Notes under the pieces: generated by a model
Told to the model about the DNA's origin: nothing
Seen by the model: the letters and a program-made list of their open reading frames with translations, nothing else
Database searches by the model: none
Shown: positions 28,216-40,260 of the stretch, piece after piece
Layout of the letters: each line of letters starts with the position of its first letter
Position numbering within the stretch: the first letter of the stretch is position 1
NCBI RefSeq assembly: GCF_022045235.1
Contig: NW_027266297.1
Coordinates: 19,468,001-19,532,000 of the forward strand
Reading direction: 5' to 3'
Length of the DNA stretch: 64,000 nucleotides
Source of the DNA: Haliotis cracherodii
Lineage: Eukaryota
Translations under genes and position numbers: made by a program

Positions 28216-28974
28216 CTGCAGCTGGTGTTTGATCATCAGGCCTGTCTGTTCAGAGTGTTCCATGTCTGGGTTGGTGCAGCAAACGTATTGATATATTGAA
28301 TCATTCTTTTCTTTATATCAGCAGTATTGCTATCCTGCTTTTAGATTATTTGATTCTGCCAGCTGTTAGAAAGGCAGGCACACATGCGCATATGTTATAG
28401 GGACTCGATATATTCTTTTATTATTAATACCGCATACGATATTACATATTGATCATGTTAGATGGTATGTTTCAATCCACACACAACGACCACTGATAGG
28501 GACGCAGATGGGTGAACGTTGTTAGCGTTTCATCCCAGTAATGTCTAAACGTGTTTCTCCTACAATGGATATTTACTATCAAAAGGAAGGTAATGCATTT
28601 TTGATGTATTTGATTGTATTTGTGTCACAGACGCTTGCCTTAGTTACGTGCATCCGCTGGGCTGGATCTCATATTTACGTGTTATGAATAGTTGGACGTT
28701 TCCCCCGCTAATCTGACACGTCGTGTGTAACCTATACACTACTCCACTCAACATTTGATTAAAGCTGATCGGGGGTCTTTTTTAAAGGCGGGGTACGTGT
28801 GTTTTAGGGATCCATTTGTTATTTTGAGGATGAGGTGATGGTTAGGTACAACAGGACTTCTTTCCCTTCAACATGCCAGTGACGTTTTGCATTTGTATTT
28901 CGTGTTGATGCGGCGTTAAACAATAACCTCTCGCTTCAATAACCAATTATTAACCGTATAAGACTATCGTGGAG

Positions 28975-29239
28975 TTAGTGAGTGAGTGAGTTGGGTTTTA
29001 TGCCGCTTTGGAAAGTATCCCAGTTATATCACGGCATGTCAGGTTAATATGGTAGGATAGCCCGAAGTGATGCAGGTCTTAAACGTTTATCACTTTCGTG
29101 TAAAACCCACGACGATGGTATAGTGCTGACAAACCTATAAACATAATCGGGGCTGCCCGGGATTCGACCCCACGATCATAGGGACGCAACTCTGCACAGC
29201 GACGTGCGGCGACTTAGACGACTGGGGCACCCGTGCCCC
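28975..29239 (-). mobile_element. tRNA-derived SINE family D (long head)
   Basis: A box tggcccagtcgtctaagg, B box ggttcgaatcc, (TCAC)n tail; flanking gactatcgt repeat. Confidence 0.85.
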
Positions 29240-29324
29240 GACTATCGTTGATCTAAAGTGGACATATCCGACTAGTTTAACTATTTCTCACGATATTGTC
29301 AGAAAGTGGATATACACCGTTATT

Positions 29325-29325
<1 letters not shown>

Positions 29326-29355
<30 letters not shown>

Positions 29356-29930
29356 TGTTTATTCAGTAAAAGGCCAATGGCCCAAAATACAGACATGTGA
29401 GCATGACATTTACAGGGCACAGAATTTATCATTAATTATTTTGTGAGCATAGTATAAGAATTTACAAACTAGAAATAATGTTTGCTCATTATAATTACTA
29501 AGAATATTTATTACATGAGAATTACTGTAATGAGTAGGCATAGGAAGATTAACAAAGTATTTTTGTCTTAGGGCAGAATATAAATTACAATTAAAGAGTA
29601 CATGAAATTCATCCTCAATGACATTAACTCCCTTACTACTACAACAGTTACAAAATCTGAGTGAACGGTCTGTTTTACTATATCTGCCAGTTTCTAAAGC
29701 TATTTTAAAATTTGAACATCTGAGTGGAGTGGGAGTGGACATGACAAGTACCTTTCAACATTTAACATGGATTTAAAATGCTTATAAAGATCACATTTTG
29801 GAGAAGAGTTTACAGGAGCACTCCAGTATTGCTGTAAATTATCTTTGAGCCTTTGCTGAAAATGGAGAATATTATTATTACAGCGTACACTGTTGTTATT
29901 GAAGGAAATATACATGTCCCTCACGTGGAA
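29326..29930 (-). mobile_element. 3' fragment of a non-LTR retrotransposon (LINE) ORF2 with 3' UTR and (TGTC)n tail
   Basis: RCSNFKIALETGRY...RFCNCC...IEDEFHVLFNC..Y..LRQKY is a typical LINE ORF2 C-terminal zinc-knuckle region. It is frameshifted and followed on the minus strand by AATAAA and a tetranucleotide tail. Confidence 0.85.
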
Positions 29931-30061
29931 CTGAACCGACTTTAATCGACTTGGCGAGCCCTACTTTAATGACAATGCTAATCCTATTATCCTATAAAGT
30001 CACGAGTAACACATGTGCAAACGCTCCCGGCTTACTCACTCCACTTGTAAAGTCATTCACA

Positions 30062-30355
30062 TACCGTTATTCCTCTATTAGACGCCTGGCCTCAGACGCA
30101 AGCCGGCCTCTAATTGACGCCGAGTCATATGCTCTGTCCTAAAAATATAAGCCTGGGTTATTTGATGAAATTAATGATCCTATAAACACTGATTATGTAC
30201 ACAGTGTATTCGGTAGGGTAGTGAGTTGCTACTGTGTGCACATTAAACAGAATAGACGCTGGACCTCTAATAGACGCATGTCTTTGATAAACGCCTGGTC
30301 AACTGCTTGCGCGAAATTGATAGACGCCCGTGCGTCTAATAGAGGAAATACGGTA
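30062..30355. mobile_element. Tc1/mariner-type MITE
   Basis: TA|ccgttattcctctattagacgc...gcgtctaatagaggaaatacgg|TA with internal tagacgc subrepeats. Confidence 0.8.
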
Positions 30356-30829
30356 CAGGCAACAGCGTCAACCACCAATAAACCCTCTTTGTATTAACCC
30401 ATGCCCGTATACGCTTCATTCATGATTGTATGTATAACCATTTAAATTCTGCAACGTCAGAGTTTTGATATGATAGGATTTGTGTGACTGAAATAGCCCG
30501 CATAAGCCAGTCAGATTGATGTATACAGCTACAAGCCCTGGACGTGATTCGACAACAGCGGCAGAACAGCGAGTCAGCTGATGTGTATCATGGCATTATC
30601 CTACACAGATATGTTCATCAGTAACATGATAGAGTGTATGGGCGCGTGACTCACGGAGTGGACTTCACTGGATATATGTAGTTTAATCCCGTACGGTGGA
30701 ACAATCACATGACTCATTGTGTTTCATCCTGTGATCTGATTTCCACCATCACCATCATCGACGTCACCATCATCAACAACAACATTGGGCGATAATAAGT
30801 ATCTGTATGGATTATTATCATCATCAACA

Positions 30830-30950
30830 GACCGCCTCCGTGGTTTCTTGGTAGAGCGTCCGCCAGGCGAAGGTCCGGGGTTCGATCCCAAGCCGCGTCA
30901 TACCAAAAGACGTTTAAAGATGGTACTTGTTGTTATCCAATCTGGCGCCC
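30830..30950 (+). mobile_element. SINE family B 5' fragment
   Basis: Head match only. Confidence 0.75.
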
Positions 30951-31219
30951 TGATATATCTAGAATATTGCCTACTAAGTCGAAAAACAACAAACTAGAGG
31001 CGTATTTATGCAGCGCTTTACCACGCCCACTAGCATGTACACGGCACCAAACAACTATTATCGGTCAACGAATCAGAAATCAGATTGTAGTCTCGGCTTC
31101 CTTGGGTTCTCAAAACCAATTCTGTTTGTTGCAAGAAAGTTTGCACCAACATCTTCTGTTCGGAATTGTGGGCAGAGGCAATTTCGAACACAGAAGCAAA
31201 ATGTCATATATAACAGTGG

Positions 31220-31375
31220 GTGAGTGAGTGAGTTTGGTTTTACGCCGCATTTAGCAATATTCCAGCAATATCACACCAGAAATGGGCTTCACACATTGTA
31301 CCCATGTCGGGAATCGAACCCGGGTCTTCGGCGTGACGAGCGAACGCTTTAACCACTAGGCTACCCGACCGCCCC
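31220..31375 (-). mobile_element. SINE family A
   Basis: Near-identical to the 16115 copy, with a small internal deletion. Confidence 0.9.
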
Positions 31376-31895
31376 AATATACCTAACAGATAAGTGTAAT
31401 CACCTTCAGCATACAATTGATTTCAGCGAATATTAATACAGCATAGCCCCGTTTATCTGGACCCAAAATGAGAAGTATTTCCCTACACAGGAAACAGCAT
31501 ACGGTATGGTCGCGAGACTGCTTTAGGTTTTCGACTATCATGATATCGACCACTTGTTTGTCTTTTACAGATTCAGTCTGAGTACAGTTAAATAATTATA
31601 ATTTCTTGCTGGCGCGTTTAATCGTCTTAGTGGTAATGGTAGATGCGATTTCTGAAAAAGAGACACTGCGGGGACAAGAGAGGAATATCAATACTTTGTA
31701 GAATCGATGACGTCATTATAGACTGTAGTGACACCATGAAACAATGGATTACCTTTTCTGAAATAAAGTATATAAGAAATGTAGTCCCACTTTCTTGCCA
31801 TGATGCTGCGCCAATCGCAGACAACTCTATATTGATTTCAATCTCATTTCATCACAGTATCATGTTTATGGTAAAACTGTATACATATTCCTGTA

Positions 31896-32075
31896 TACAG
31901 TAAAGTACGGTTATAACGAACTCAAAGGGTCTTCTAATTTTAGTTCGTTATAATCGTAGTTCGTTATAAGCATATATACAGCCAAACTACAGCAAATAGT
32001 CGGGACCAAAAAAGTAAGTTCGTTATATCCGTCAGTTCGTTATAAGCGTGTTCGTTATAACCGTTGTTTACTGTA
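31896..32075. mobile_element. pogo/Tc1-type MITE
   Basis: TA|cagtaaagtacggttataacgaac...gttcgttataaccgttgtttactg|TA with gttcgttata subrepeats. Confidence 0.82.
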
Positions 32076-32227
32076 TTTTGCATTTTGCTCCCCCTTGGCC
32101 GTGCCAGGATCTGCCCCTGTCCACCCCAAATCTCTCAAGTAAGCTGGGATATACATTTAATGCTGTTAGGGCGACATGAAACAACATTGGCCAACTCACG
32201 GTGCATGCGACTGAGTTCTATATATAA

Positions 32228-32419
32228 TACACTGCCGGGCAAAATAAAGTATACACCCATTTTTGATGGGGGCAAAATTGACACAGACAAGAACTGGTTA
32301 ATCGGTGGAGATGTATTTCATACGAGTATCATAGTTGCGTTTCGGCCCAGTAACGTTTCGGTAACGTTTGTAATTGTTTAGTCAAATCCAGCATATACTT
32401 TCTTTTGTCCGGCAGTTTA
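32228..32419. mobile_element. Tc1-type MITE
   Basis: TA|cactgccgggcaaaataaagtata...tatactttcttttgtccggcagtt|TA. Confidence 0.7.
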
Positions 32420-32660
32420 TATATCAGTGCGATGCACATGTACCTAAAGTGACCCAGCGGGAGGTAATTGCGTTGGACAATGCTGTAACCTGAACACTAG
32501 TGAGAAAACAACATTACGGTATATATGAAGTTGTATCCATTGTACTCTAAGTATACTTGAATATATCAGACGCGTTTATATGTTCTCCCAAACAAGGGGC
32601 CCTGAATTAACGGCATACTAAATGTACGTAAAACACAGTAAACACACTTTTTACACTGGT

Positions 32661-33377
32661 CTTGGACACTTGAATGTTCCACACACTTGACACAAGGCTC
32701 TCCCAATCATTGGACATCAGAATGTTCCACACACTTGACACAAGGCTCTCCCAGCCATTGGACATCAGAATGTTCCACACACTTGACACAAGGCTCTCCC
32801 AGCCATTGGACATCAGAATGTTCCACACACTTGACACAAGGCTCTCCCAACCATTGGACATCAGAATGTTCCACACACTTGACACAAGGCTCTCCCAGCC
32901 ATTGGACATCAGAATGTTCCACACACTTGACACAAGGCTCTCCCAGCCATTGGACATCAGAATGTTCCACACACTTGACACAAGGCTCTCCCAGCCATTG
33001 GACATCAGAATGTTCCACACACTTGACACAAGGCTCTCCCAGCATTGGACATCAGAATGTTCCACACACTTGACACAAGGCTCTCCCAGCATTGGACATC
33101 AGAATGTTCCACACACTTGACACAAGGCTCTCCCAGCCATTGGACATCAGAATGTTCCACACACTTGACACAAGGCTCTCCCAGCCATTGGACTTCAGAA
33201 TGTTCCACACACTTGACACAAGGCTCTCCCAGCCATTGGACATCAGAATGTTCCACACACTTGACACAAGGCTCTCCCAGCATTGGACATCAGAATGTTC
33301 CACACACTTGACACAAGGCTCTCCCAGCATTGGACATCAGAATGTTCCACACACTTGACACAAGGCCCTCCCAACAC
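32661..33377. repeat. 48-bp (some 47-bp) minisatellite, about 15 units
   Basis: Unit ttggacatcagaatgttccacacacttgacacaaggctctcccagcca. Confidence 0.96.
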
Positions 33378-33421
33378 ATGGGTGGTCCACACACTCCACC
33401 CCACCCCACCCCACCACACCC

Positions 33422-34216
33422 TCACTCGGGTAGACAGCAGGGGAAGATATCTTTAAACTGTGCCTTCACCCACTGTCCACACCTTCCCACAGCAAAGCAG
33501 CAGGTGCCCTTCCCCTCATCGACCTTCCTGCTCTCCTTTTCCCGCGCATTGTCGCGTTCCCGGCATTCTCTCCTCCACTGTATCTCCCTCTCTTTCTTCT
33601 CACTACAGTACTTCTCCCAATCATCAATGTCCCCGACTACTCGCCCCGTCAGCAGCTGGATCCCACACCGAGCGGCAGCTCCAACATAGGTGGCTCGCGC
33701 TTCGTTGATATGCCTGTAAAACTCCACACTGCGGCCATAGTTTTCGGGTGTTTTTGGACCCGGCGATTTCAACTGAATGTTCTTCTCTGCCTCTTCGTCA
33801 TAGAGATGAACCCTGTTGACAACAACTTCCTCTTTTCCTATGACTTCGATGAAGGGCTCAGCTGGTTTAACCTGGGGTTTCTTATTCAAGTTCTCCTTCT
33901 TTTTGTGGCCAAGGCCTGGCCCCTTGATTTTGATGATTTTGGGCACACCCGAAGGGAGTGATACAGAGAATTTTCCAAATTTCTTCTTTTCTTTCTTTGG
34001 CTTCTTCTTCTCGTCTTTTGCGACTTCTTGTTTTGCGCTCCCTGACTTTTTCGCAGGGACTGCCTTAGGCTGGATTGGGGTTTTTATTTTTATTTTGTTT
34101 TTGTTTTGGGCGCTATTATTATTATCAAGTTCAGATTGAGAGGTGACGCTCAGAGTGCTCGTTGTCTTCCGGTTGAGTTTAGCCCGGCGATGCTGAGTCT
34201 CTATCGCAGTCAACAT
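33422..34216 (-). CDS. Uncharacterised 264-aa Lys-rich protein with a Cys-rich C-terminus; single coding exon
   Basis: Uninterrupted 795-nt frame with non-repetitive, protein-like composition. ATG follows a polypyrimidine acceptor directly (tttcttcattccag|ATG on the minus strand). No family recognised. Confidence 0.65.
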   Translation of the reverse strand: MLTAIETQHRRAKLNRKTTSTLSVTSQSELDNNNSAQNKNKIKIKTPIQPKAVPAKKSGSAKQEVAKDEKKKPKKEKKKFGKFSVSLPSGVPKIIKIKGPGLGHKKKENLNKKPQVKPAEPFIEVIGKEEVVVNRVHLYDEEAEKNIQLKSPGPKTPENYGRSVEFYRHINEARATYVGAAARCGIQLLTGRVVGDIDDWEKYCSEKKEREIQWRRECRERDNAREKESRKVDEGKGTCCFAVGRCGQWVKAQFKDIFPCCLPE

Positions 34217-34360
34217 CTGGAATGAAGAAATGCAGGGGTTCGTCACACTTCACTTTTAGACCTTTTGATTATGGCCCACGCTATACTCCATAGTTATCTC
34301 ACGGCATAACTCGTGCTATTTCCCCATAAGGGGGAAATCCCGAAGCAGTGTGGGTCTTAC

Positions 34361-34418
34361 TTGAAACCACGACTACGGAAATGGCGCCGACAAACCAAGT
34401 AACGTAATTAGAATAAAT
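34361..34418 (-). other. Candidate 58-nt non-coding 5'-UTR exon of the Lys-rich gene
   Basis: Minus strand reads (cta)n...ctatcccag|ATTTATT...TTTCAA|gtaagac. The frame that would join the downstream CDS contains a stop. Confidence 0.4.
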
Positions 34419-34425
34419 CTGGGAT

Positions 34426-34452
34426 AGTAGTAGCGGTGGGGGTAGTAGACGC

Positions 34453-34493
<41 letters not shown>

Positions 34494-34875
34494 CCGCAGN
34501 NNNNNNNNNNNNNNNNNNNNNNNNNNNNNNNNNNNNNNNNNNNNNNNNNNNNNNNNNNNNNNNNNNNNNNNNNNNNNNNNNNNNNNNNNNNNNNNNNNNN
34601 NNNNNNNNNNNNNNNNNNNNNNNNNNNNNNNNNNNNNNNNNNNNNNNNNNNNNNNNNNNNNNGGCAGTAACAGCAGTAGTAGTTTTNNNNNNNNNNNNNN
34701 NNNNNNNNNNNNNNNNNNNNNNNNNNNNNNNNNNNNNNNNNNNNNNNNNNNNNNNNNNNNNNNNNNNNNNNNNNNNNNNNNNNNNNNNNNNNNNNNNNNN
34801 NNNNNNNNNNNNNNNNNNNNNNNNNNAACAGCAGTAGTAGTATTAGAAGGAGTAGTAGTAGTAGTAGTAGAAGTA

Positions 34876-34907
<32 letters not shown>

Positions 34908-34997
34908 CTAGTAGTAGTAGTAGAAGAAGAAGAAGTAGTAGTGGTATAAGTAGTAGTAGAAGGAGTAGAGTAGTAGCAGTAGTAGTGGTAGTAGTAG
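34426..34997. repeat. (GTA)n microsatellite region containing two N gaps
   Basis: Direct inspection. Confidence 0.95.
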
Positions 34998-34998
34998 C

Positions 34999-35150
34999 TT
35001 TTGTTTGTTGTTTAACGCCATACTAAGCAATATTCCAGCTATACGACGGCGATGTCTGTAAATAATCGAGTCTGGACCAGACAATCCTGTGATTAATAAC
35101 ATGAGCATCGATCCACCCAAGTGGGATCGATGACATCCATCAACCAAAGT
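34999..35150 (-). mobile_element. Family C 3' half
   Basis: Tail and body match. Confidence 0.8.
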
Positions 35151-35641
35151 CTTTTGGGAGTATGTCACACAACTTAATGTGTCTCTTGCATGTTTATGTT
35201 CTAATATACTTGTGCGCCCAAGCATAACTACACGATCAGTTTGTTGCGTTCGTTCTTTGATCAACTGTGAATACATCGATACAAATAAATGCCTACGTCA
35301 ACAAATTGTAATATAACATCCATGCCAGTACACACATTTATGTGCAGCCATGTATGGAAGGTCGGTCATTGTATATTCAGATTCAATAGGTTAGTGCATC
35401 CTCAAGGTCGTCTGTTACTGATAACGACAAAGGTAACCTGTTATCGGGGCATTACAAGATAACATCAGGGCGAATACTGCAACAACTAGACCGCAGACTG
35501 CTGGACTGATTACAAAGGTTAAAACGGGGCAGTACAGCTGTCAATAACATTGGTTTCATTAGCTGCATGGCTTTAATTAAGAGTTCGACGTGATGTCCCT
35601 AGAAACTTCTAGTGAAAGGAACACGATCGGTGCATACTTAC

Positions 35642-35720
35642 GATTACGTCTCTGATTTATCCCCTTGAACAATGCCATTAAATATTCGAGTCCGTGTGCG
35701 CAATGTTGAACCTCTGCTCG
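35642..35720 (-). other. Candidate first (5'-UTR) exon of the Lys-rich gene, containing a uORF ATG at 35678
   Basis: Consensus donor |gtaagt on the minus strand at 35641-35636, just downstream of a CRE/E-box cluster. 5' limit is a guess. Confidence 0.35.
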
Positions 35721-35735
35721 GAAGCGACAATATAA

Positions 35736-35759
35736 TGACGTCATAGACACGTGACGTCA
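35736..35759. promoter_or_regulatory. Two perfect CRE palindromes (TGACGTCA) plus an E-box (CACGTG)
   Basis: aTGACGTCAtagaCACGTGACGTCAt: CRE at 35736-35743 and 35752-35759, E-box at 35748-35753. Confidence 0.45.
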
Positions 35760-35782
35760 TAGATCGGCGAAGGCTTAAGTAA

Positions 35783-36165
35783 AGGGGCATTCACACTGTA
35801 CAACTAGTTGTATACAATTTGTTGCATGCAACACATTGCATCGTGTGAACGGGCAAGTCGGTCCAACTTTTGACGTATGCAACTTGTTGGACGCGAGTTG
35901 TACGAAATAGGACATGCTCTATTTTCATGCGACAAGTTGTATGAACGCAGCCAATCAAAACGCATATGAAAATCACGTGACATTTACACGTCAATTTGTA
36001 AACAAAAATGGCGATTCCGATTCACGTCGGTAACTTCTGTTTTTCGGTATCCTAAGTGTCACCACTCGCCGCCGTGTGCATGCCGAGTTGTATACAACTT
36101 TGGGTTGTGCAACTAATTGCATACAACAAGTTGTATACCACTAGTTGTACCGTGTGAATGCCCCT
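35783..36165. mobile_element. PIF/Harbinger-type MITE
   Basis: TAA|aggggcattcacactgtacaactagt...actagttgtaccgtgtgaatgcccct|TAA; long imperfect TIRs. Confidence 0.85.
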
Positions 36166-36339
36166 TAAGCTGGTTCCCGGCTCCCTATGCGCGTCGTCAA
36201 CTTGCGAATTGTGGGACGGGGCCGTGTTTACGGTTTAGCATTTCATCGCAATGCCACCTCATAAAATATTTGACCTAGATTAAAGTATACATCAAACAAA
36301 AGTTACATGTATCGCATTTCATTCCGTCTTATACAATGA

Positions 36340-36613
36340 AGTGAGTGAGTCAAGTTTAACGCCGCTTTTAACATTATTCCAGTTATATGACGGCGTGTCA
36401 GCTTAATGTGTTAGGAAAGCCCGAAGTGATGCAGGTCTCAGGCGTTTACCACTTCGGTGAACCCACGAGCCACGGTATGGTGCTGACAAACCTAGAAACA
36501 TAATCGGGGTGAACCGGGATTCGAACCCACAATCATAGGTTTTGGGGGCGACCCAAGGAATGCAACTCTGCACAGCGAATCGCTGCGCCTTAGACGACTG
36601 GGCCACCCGTGCC
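36340..36613 (-). mobile_element. SINE family D
   Basis: Near full length. Confidence 0.88.
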
Positions 36614-36862
36614 AAACAGCAGATGTGAAAAAGACCTGTGTCACACTGAAATAACGGAGAAAGCCGTGTACCCGGGGAACCAGGCTTGTAGAGTGTAGAT
36701 TAACTTTTGGAACACGAGTGTATAACTTGAAAAAAAAACGGGCCGCAGTTTACCGGGCGTCAATATATAGAACGAACACGGTGACTGCACCTGGGTAATA
36801 TCCATGTGATAACAATAGGACGTGTTTCAATGTCAGTAAGCACAGATGATAAAACCTATTTT

Positions 36863-36865
<3 letters not shown>

Positions 36866-36920
<55 letters not shown>

Positions 36921-36923
36921 GGG
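36866..36923. repeat. (GA)n followed by poly-G
   Basis: Direct inspection. Confidence 0.95.
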
Positions 36924-37024
36924 CGACAAATTATTAGACAAATCACATTATATAAAAATATGGTGTCTATATTTACAGTGAAAACTAAATAATGATACAG
37001 GTTTGGGTTACCTGAAACCCTTGT

Positions 37025-37253
37025 TTGTATGTTTGTTTGACGCCGCACTCAAGCTATATGACGGCGGTCTGTAAATCATCGAGCCTGGACCAGACAATCC
37101 TGTGATTGATATCATGAGCATCGATCCACGCAATTGGAATCGATGACATGCATCAACCAAGTCAGCGAGCCATACCACCCGATCCCGTCATAGTCGCTGC
37201 TTACGACAAGCATGGGTTGCTGAACACTTATTCTACCCCGCATCTTCACGGGT
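37025..37253 (-). mobile_element. Family C
   Basis: Head and body match. Confidence 0.82.
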
Positions 37254-38039
37254 CTGAAACCAGTGGTAATGTTCAATCTACATGTTAAATGAAAACTGAA
37301 GGTTATTTGGAACAGTGTTCTCATTACCATTACTGTGTTGTCATTACCAAAACGATCCCATTACCACAGCATACTTGCAAGTCTCTCTTATTTGTCTATA
37401 TAAATGCAGGATAATGCAACAATAATTTCAAGTTCGTGTTGATTCTGTTGCTCATTTTGGATATTATTAGTGCAAAGTTCATTTTGTTTTAAACATATTT
37501 ATATATGTATTATATATAAAACAAACACTTTAGAAGCATGTACAGTATAACTTTTGTGAGTTATTCATATTTGTGTCCTCTTTGGTTAGAATATATAATC
37601 AACACACTTTAAATGACCGGATTGCAACTTACAGTGTGTGCAGAAATAATTCTGAGATTAAGTCCAACTAATTTACGATTTATGGTATTAGTTATATATG
37701 TTGTGGTAATGATATTTGATATTGATTTCTTATGTTCTTCATGTTTGTATAAATTAATATTGAGCAAAGTTCACAGCTGAGTTTGTCTTTATAAACACAA
37801 ATTAACATAGGTTACAACTATCATGCTAAACAAATACATTTATTGACTCAATTTGTGATGAAAGCGTGTGTCAATATTGCCACTTTTGGTAGAACCACCC
37901 ACATACATGTATGATATGACAAATGGTTCTATCTCGTGTTTGTCTTAGCTAAATTTTACGCAGGCAATGCCCCCCTATTATATGAATGGGCATTGTCCAT
38001 CTCAGGCAGTTAACTAATCCAAGCTCTAATCTAATCCAA

Positions 38040-38939
38040 GCGGCATAGACTCATTGGTCGACTCAAGCAGCGTGTCCAGACCGACATTTCTCCTGTACAG
38101 CAGATATACAACGCAGAACTGGTACTTTTTTGTCCTAGCTTGTGGCTCCAAGTGTATATTATTCATTGTCTTGTAAATGGTAAAATGTATCCTGTTGCTT
38201 TTTCGTTGCTTCCTAACAAGACCAAACAGACATATGTTAGACTACTTAGGTTGTTGAAGGACACAGTAGGAACCAGAACTGGTACTGAACTTTCTCCAGA
38301 GGTGTTTCAGACTGATTACGAGTCAGCAGTCATAACTGCCATTGCAGAGTTTTTTCCTGATAGTTATGTTAGGGGTTGTCTGTTTCACTATTCACAAGCT
38401 TTGTGGCGTCAGGTAGTTGAGAGAGGTCTTGTACGAGAATACACGAACAATCCAGCAATTCAGTACCATGTTCGACGTGCCGCAGCCCTGCCACTTCTCC
38501 CACTTGACCAGGTACAGTATGCATGGGTTGAGGTGATGGAGCAAGGACCTGATGATCAACAGATTGGTGATTTTAACGACTATGTCACCAGCACATGGGT
38601 AGATGACGACGCTAGATTCCCCTGCCATATTTGGAACCAGCACGACAACACCGGTCCCCGATCCAACAACCATGTGAAAAGGTTCCACTGAGACTGAAAA
38701 AGAGAATGCCCCGATCTCTCCCTAACATCTATCATTACTTGAAGGAGATCAAGAAGATTGAAAAGCCAGACAGACGCTCCAGGAAACAAATTGATCTTGG
38801 AGGATCATGCAGACCCCGAGCTCGTGTTGACAGACAAAGGGACCAAAGAATTGAAAGACTTAAGACAGAGCTACTTAGTGGAAGAAAAACTGTAATGCAA
38901 TTTCTTGATGCCGTTGGATATGTACTAAAGCTACAGTAA
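38040..38939 (+). mobile_element. Degenerate MULE (Mutator-like) transposase fragment
   Basis: QVYIIH...PVAFSLLPNKTKQTY, TDYESAVITAI...FP...RGCLFHYSQALWR and WN...PRSNNHV..FH motifs; frameshift near 38690; N-terminus missing; no TIRs identified. Confidence 0.85.
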
Positions 38940-39320
38940 TCATGAGTCATTATGATTATTACTGCATAATGTAAATATGAGCTATTAAACAATGTATGAA
39001 GCTTCAAGATTGTCTTGTCTGTTTAACCTTCTTTTGGGTCAGTTCATTATTTTAGAGGTAACACAGCACTTGACTTATGTGCAGTCAGCTGTAAATTTGT
39101 TTTGATAAATGTGTAGGCGAAATGAGGACAGGCCCTGTGAACAAGCCTCGTGTATATGTTCTCTTTTAAAACAATGCATTTCCGCGCGCGCACATATAAG
39201 ACTTCTTTGTTTCCTGTCCTAAACGGTTTCGGTTTCACATATGTGATTTTAAACATTTACACTGATATATAGCATTGTGTGTATTTGATTACAGTCGTCA
39301 AGCCTTTCAGATTGCCCACG

Positions 39321-39381
39321 GCATGTGAGCAATCCTCATCACATGACGAGAACGCCAAGGCCTCGTGACTAGTCATGTGAC
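39321..39381 (+). promoter_or_regulatory. CLEAR/M-box (MITF/TFEB-type) motif cluster upstream of the cathepsin ATG
   Basis: CATGTG at 39322, TCACATGAC at 39339-39347, CTCGTGAC at 39362-39369 and GTCATGTGAC at 39372-39381, all within 75 bp of the ATG at 39395. Confidence 0.6.
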
Positions 39382-39394
39382 TTCACTCAACAAC

Positions 39395-39437
39395 ATGGCG
39401 AGCAGCTTGCAGGTTGTGATCGTTTTGGCAGTCGCAG
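39395..39437 (+). CDS. Cathepsin L-like 26/29-kDa proteinase/CfaD-type cysteine protease, exon 1 (signal peptide MASSLQVVIVLAVA)
   Basis: caacATGG start context, hydrophobic peptide, donor CAG|gtaata; phase 1 matches exon 2. Confidence 0.8.
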
Positions 39438-40260
39438 GTAATATAGATTTTGTACAGTTTCTTTAGCTGCATTTGTTGCTTGGTAGTGGTGATATTTAGA
39501 ATTATGTTACAGAAATCTAGACCATTTGGAAGAATTAGTTTAAAACCTAAATTGTACGCGAGAGTGACAATTATATAATTGAGGATATATAGATCTATAT
39601 CATGTATATGCTATTCGAATTATACAACCCCAGGCCAATGGGGGTGGGTCATTTTCGCATCTTTGAGTGGAGTTTTCAGATACGTTTTGCGACCGTGTTT
39701 ATCCCCATTCTGTGTCATGAAAATTGGGGGCATATTGTACATTCACGTATGATTTGCAGCTTGGTAAAACTTCATTCCCTTACGCATCTCGCGAATATTT
39801 AAAAAATAATCATAGCAAGTATTAAAAAATCATTTATGCAATATCTACTAAATACGATATGGAACAGTACAAGCAAAATTGCACATATTTGTATTCAGTG
39901 TTAGGCAGACACCATATATACCCATTGGTATATATGGTCTCTGGCTTAAGGTTGTGGTTAAATTTGAAGCAGGTGTTGGGCTTTCACTCACATATTATTC
40001 TAAACTATGGTTTCTAGCTTAACTATTGCTTTGTTGTCAGTTAACTCCCTTGCCTCGGGAATATGACATGTTCAGGGTGGCCCTCTACTCTCACTAGCTC
40101 TGTGGATACTAATGTCTAAAACTGCCAGCAGTCAATGAGTGATTTAACATTGAAGTAGTTGTGCAATATGCTTGTGTTCCCATAGTTACAGTATCAAAGC
40201 AGTATGCATCATTAACAACCATCCCATTATCACAGTATAGGTTTCAGTCAGGATTATGTA

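Noticed and set aside
32607-33425. Repeat ORFs with CVKC motifs
   Set aside because: Translations of the 48-bp array, broken by 47-bp units and open in several frames at once.
34436-34837. Poly-Val ORF
   Set aside because: (GTA)n microsatellite spanning N gaps.
39906-39943. 38-bp imperfect palindrome as a MITE
   Set aside because: Too short, and the flanks do not form a clean TSD.
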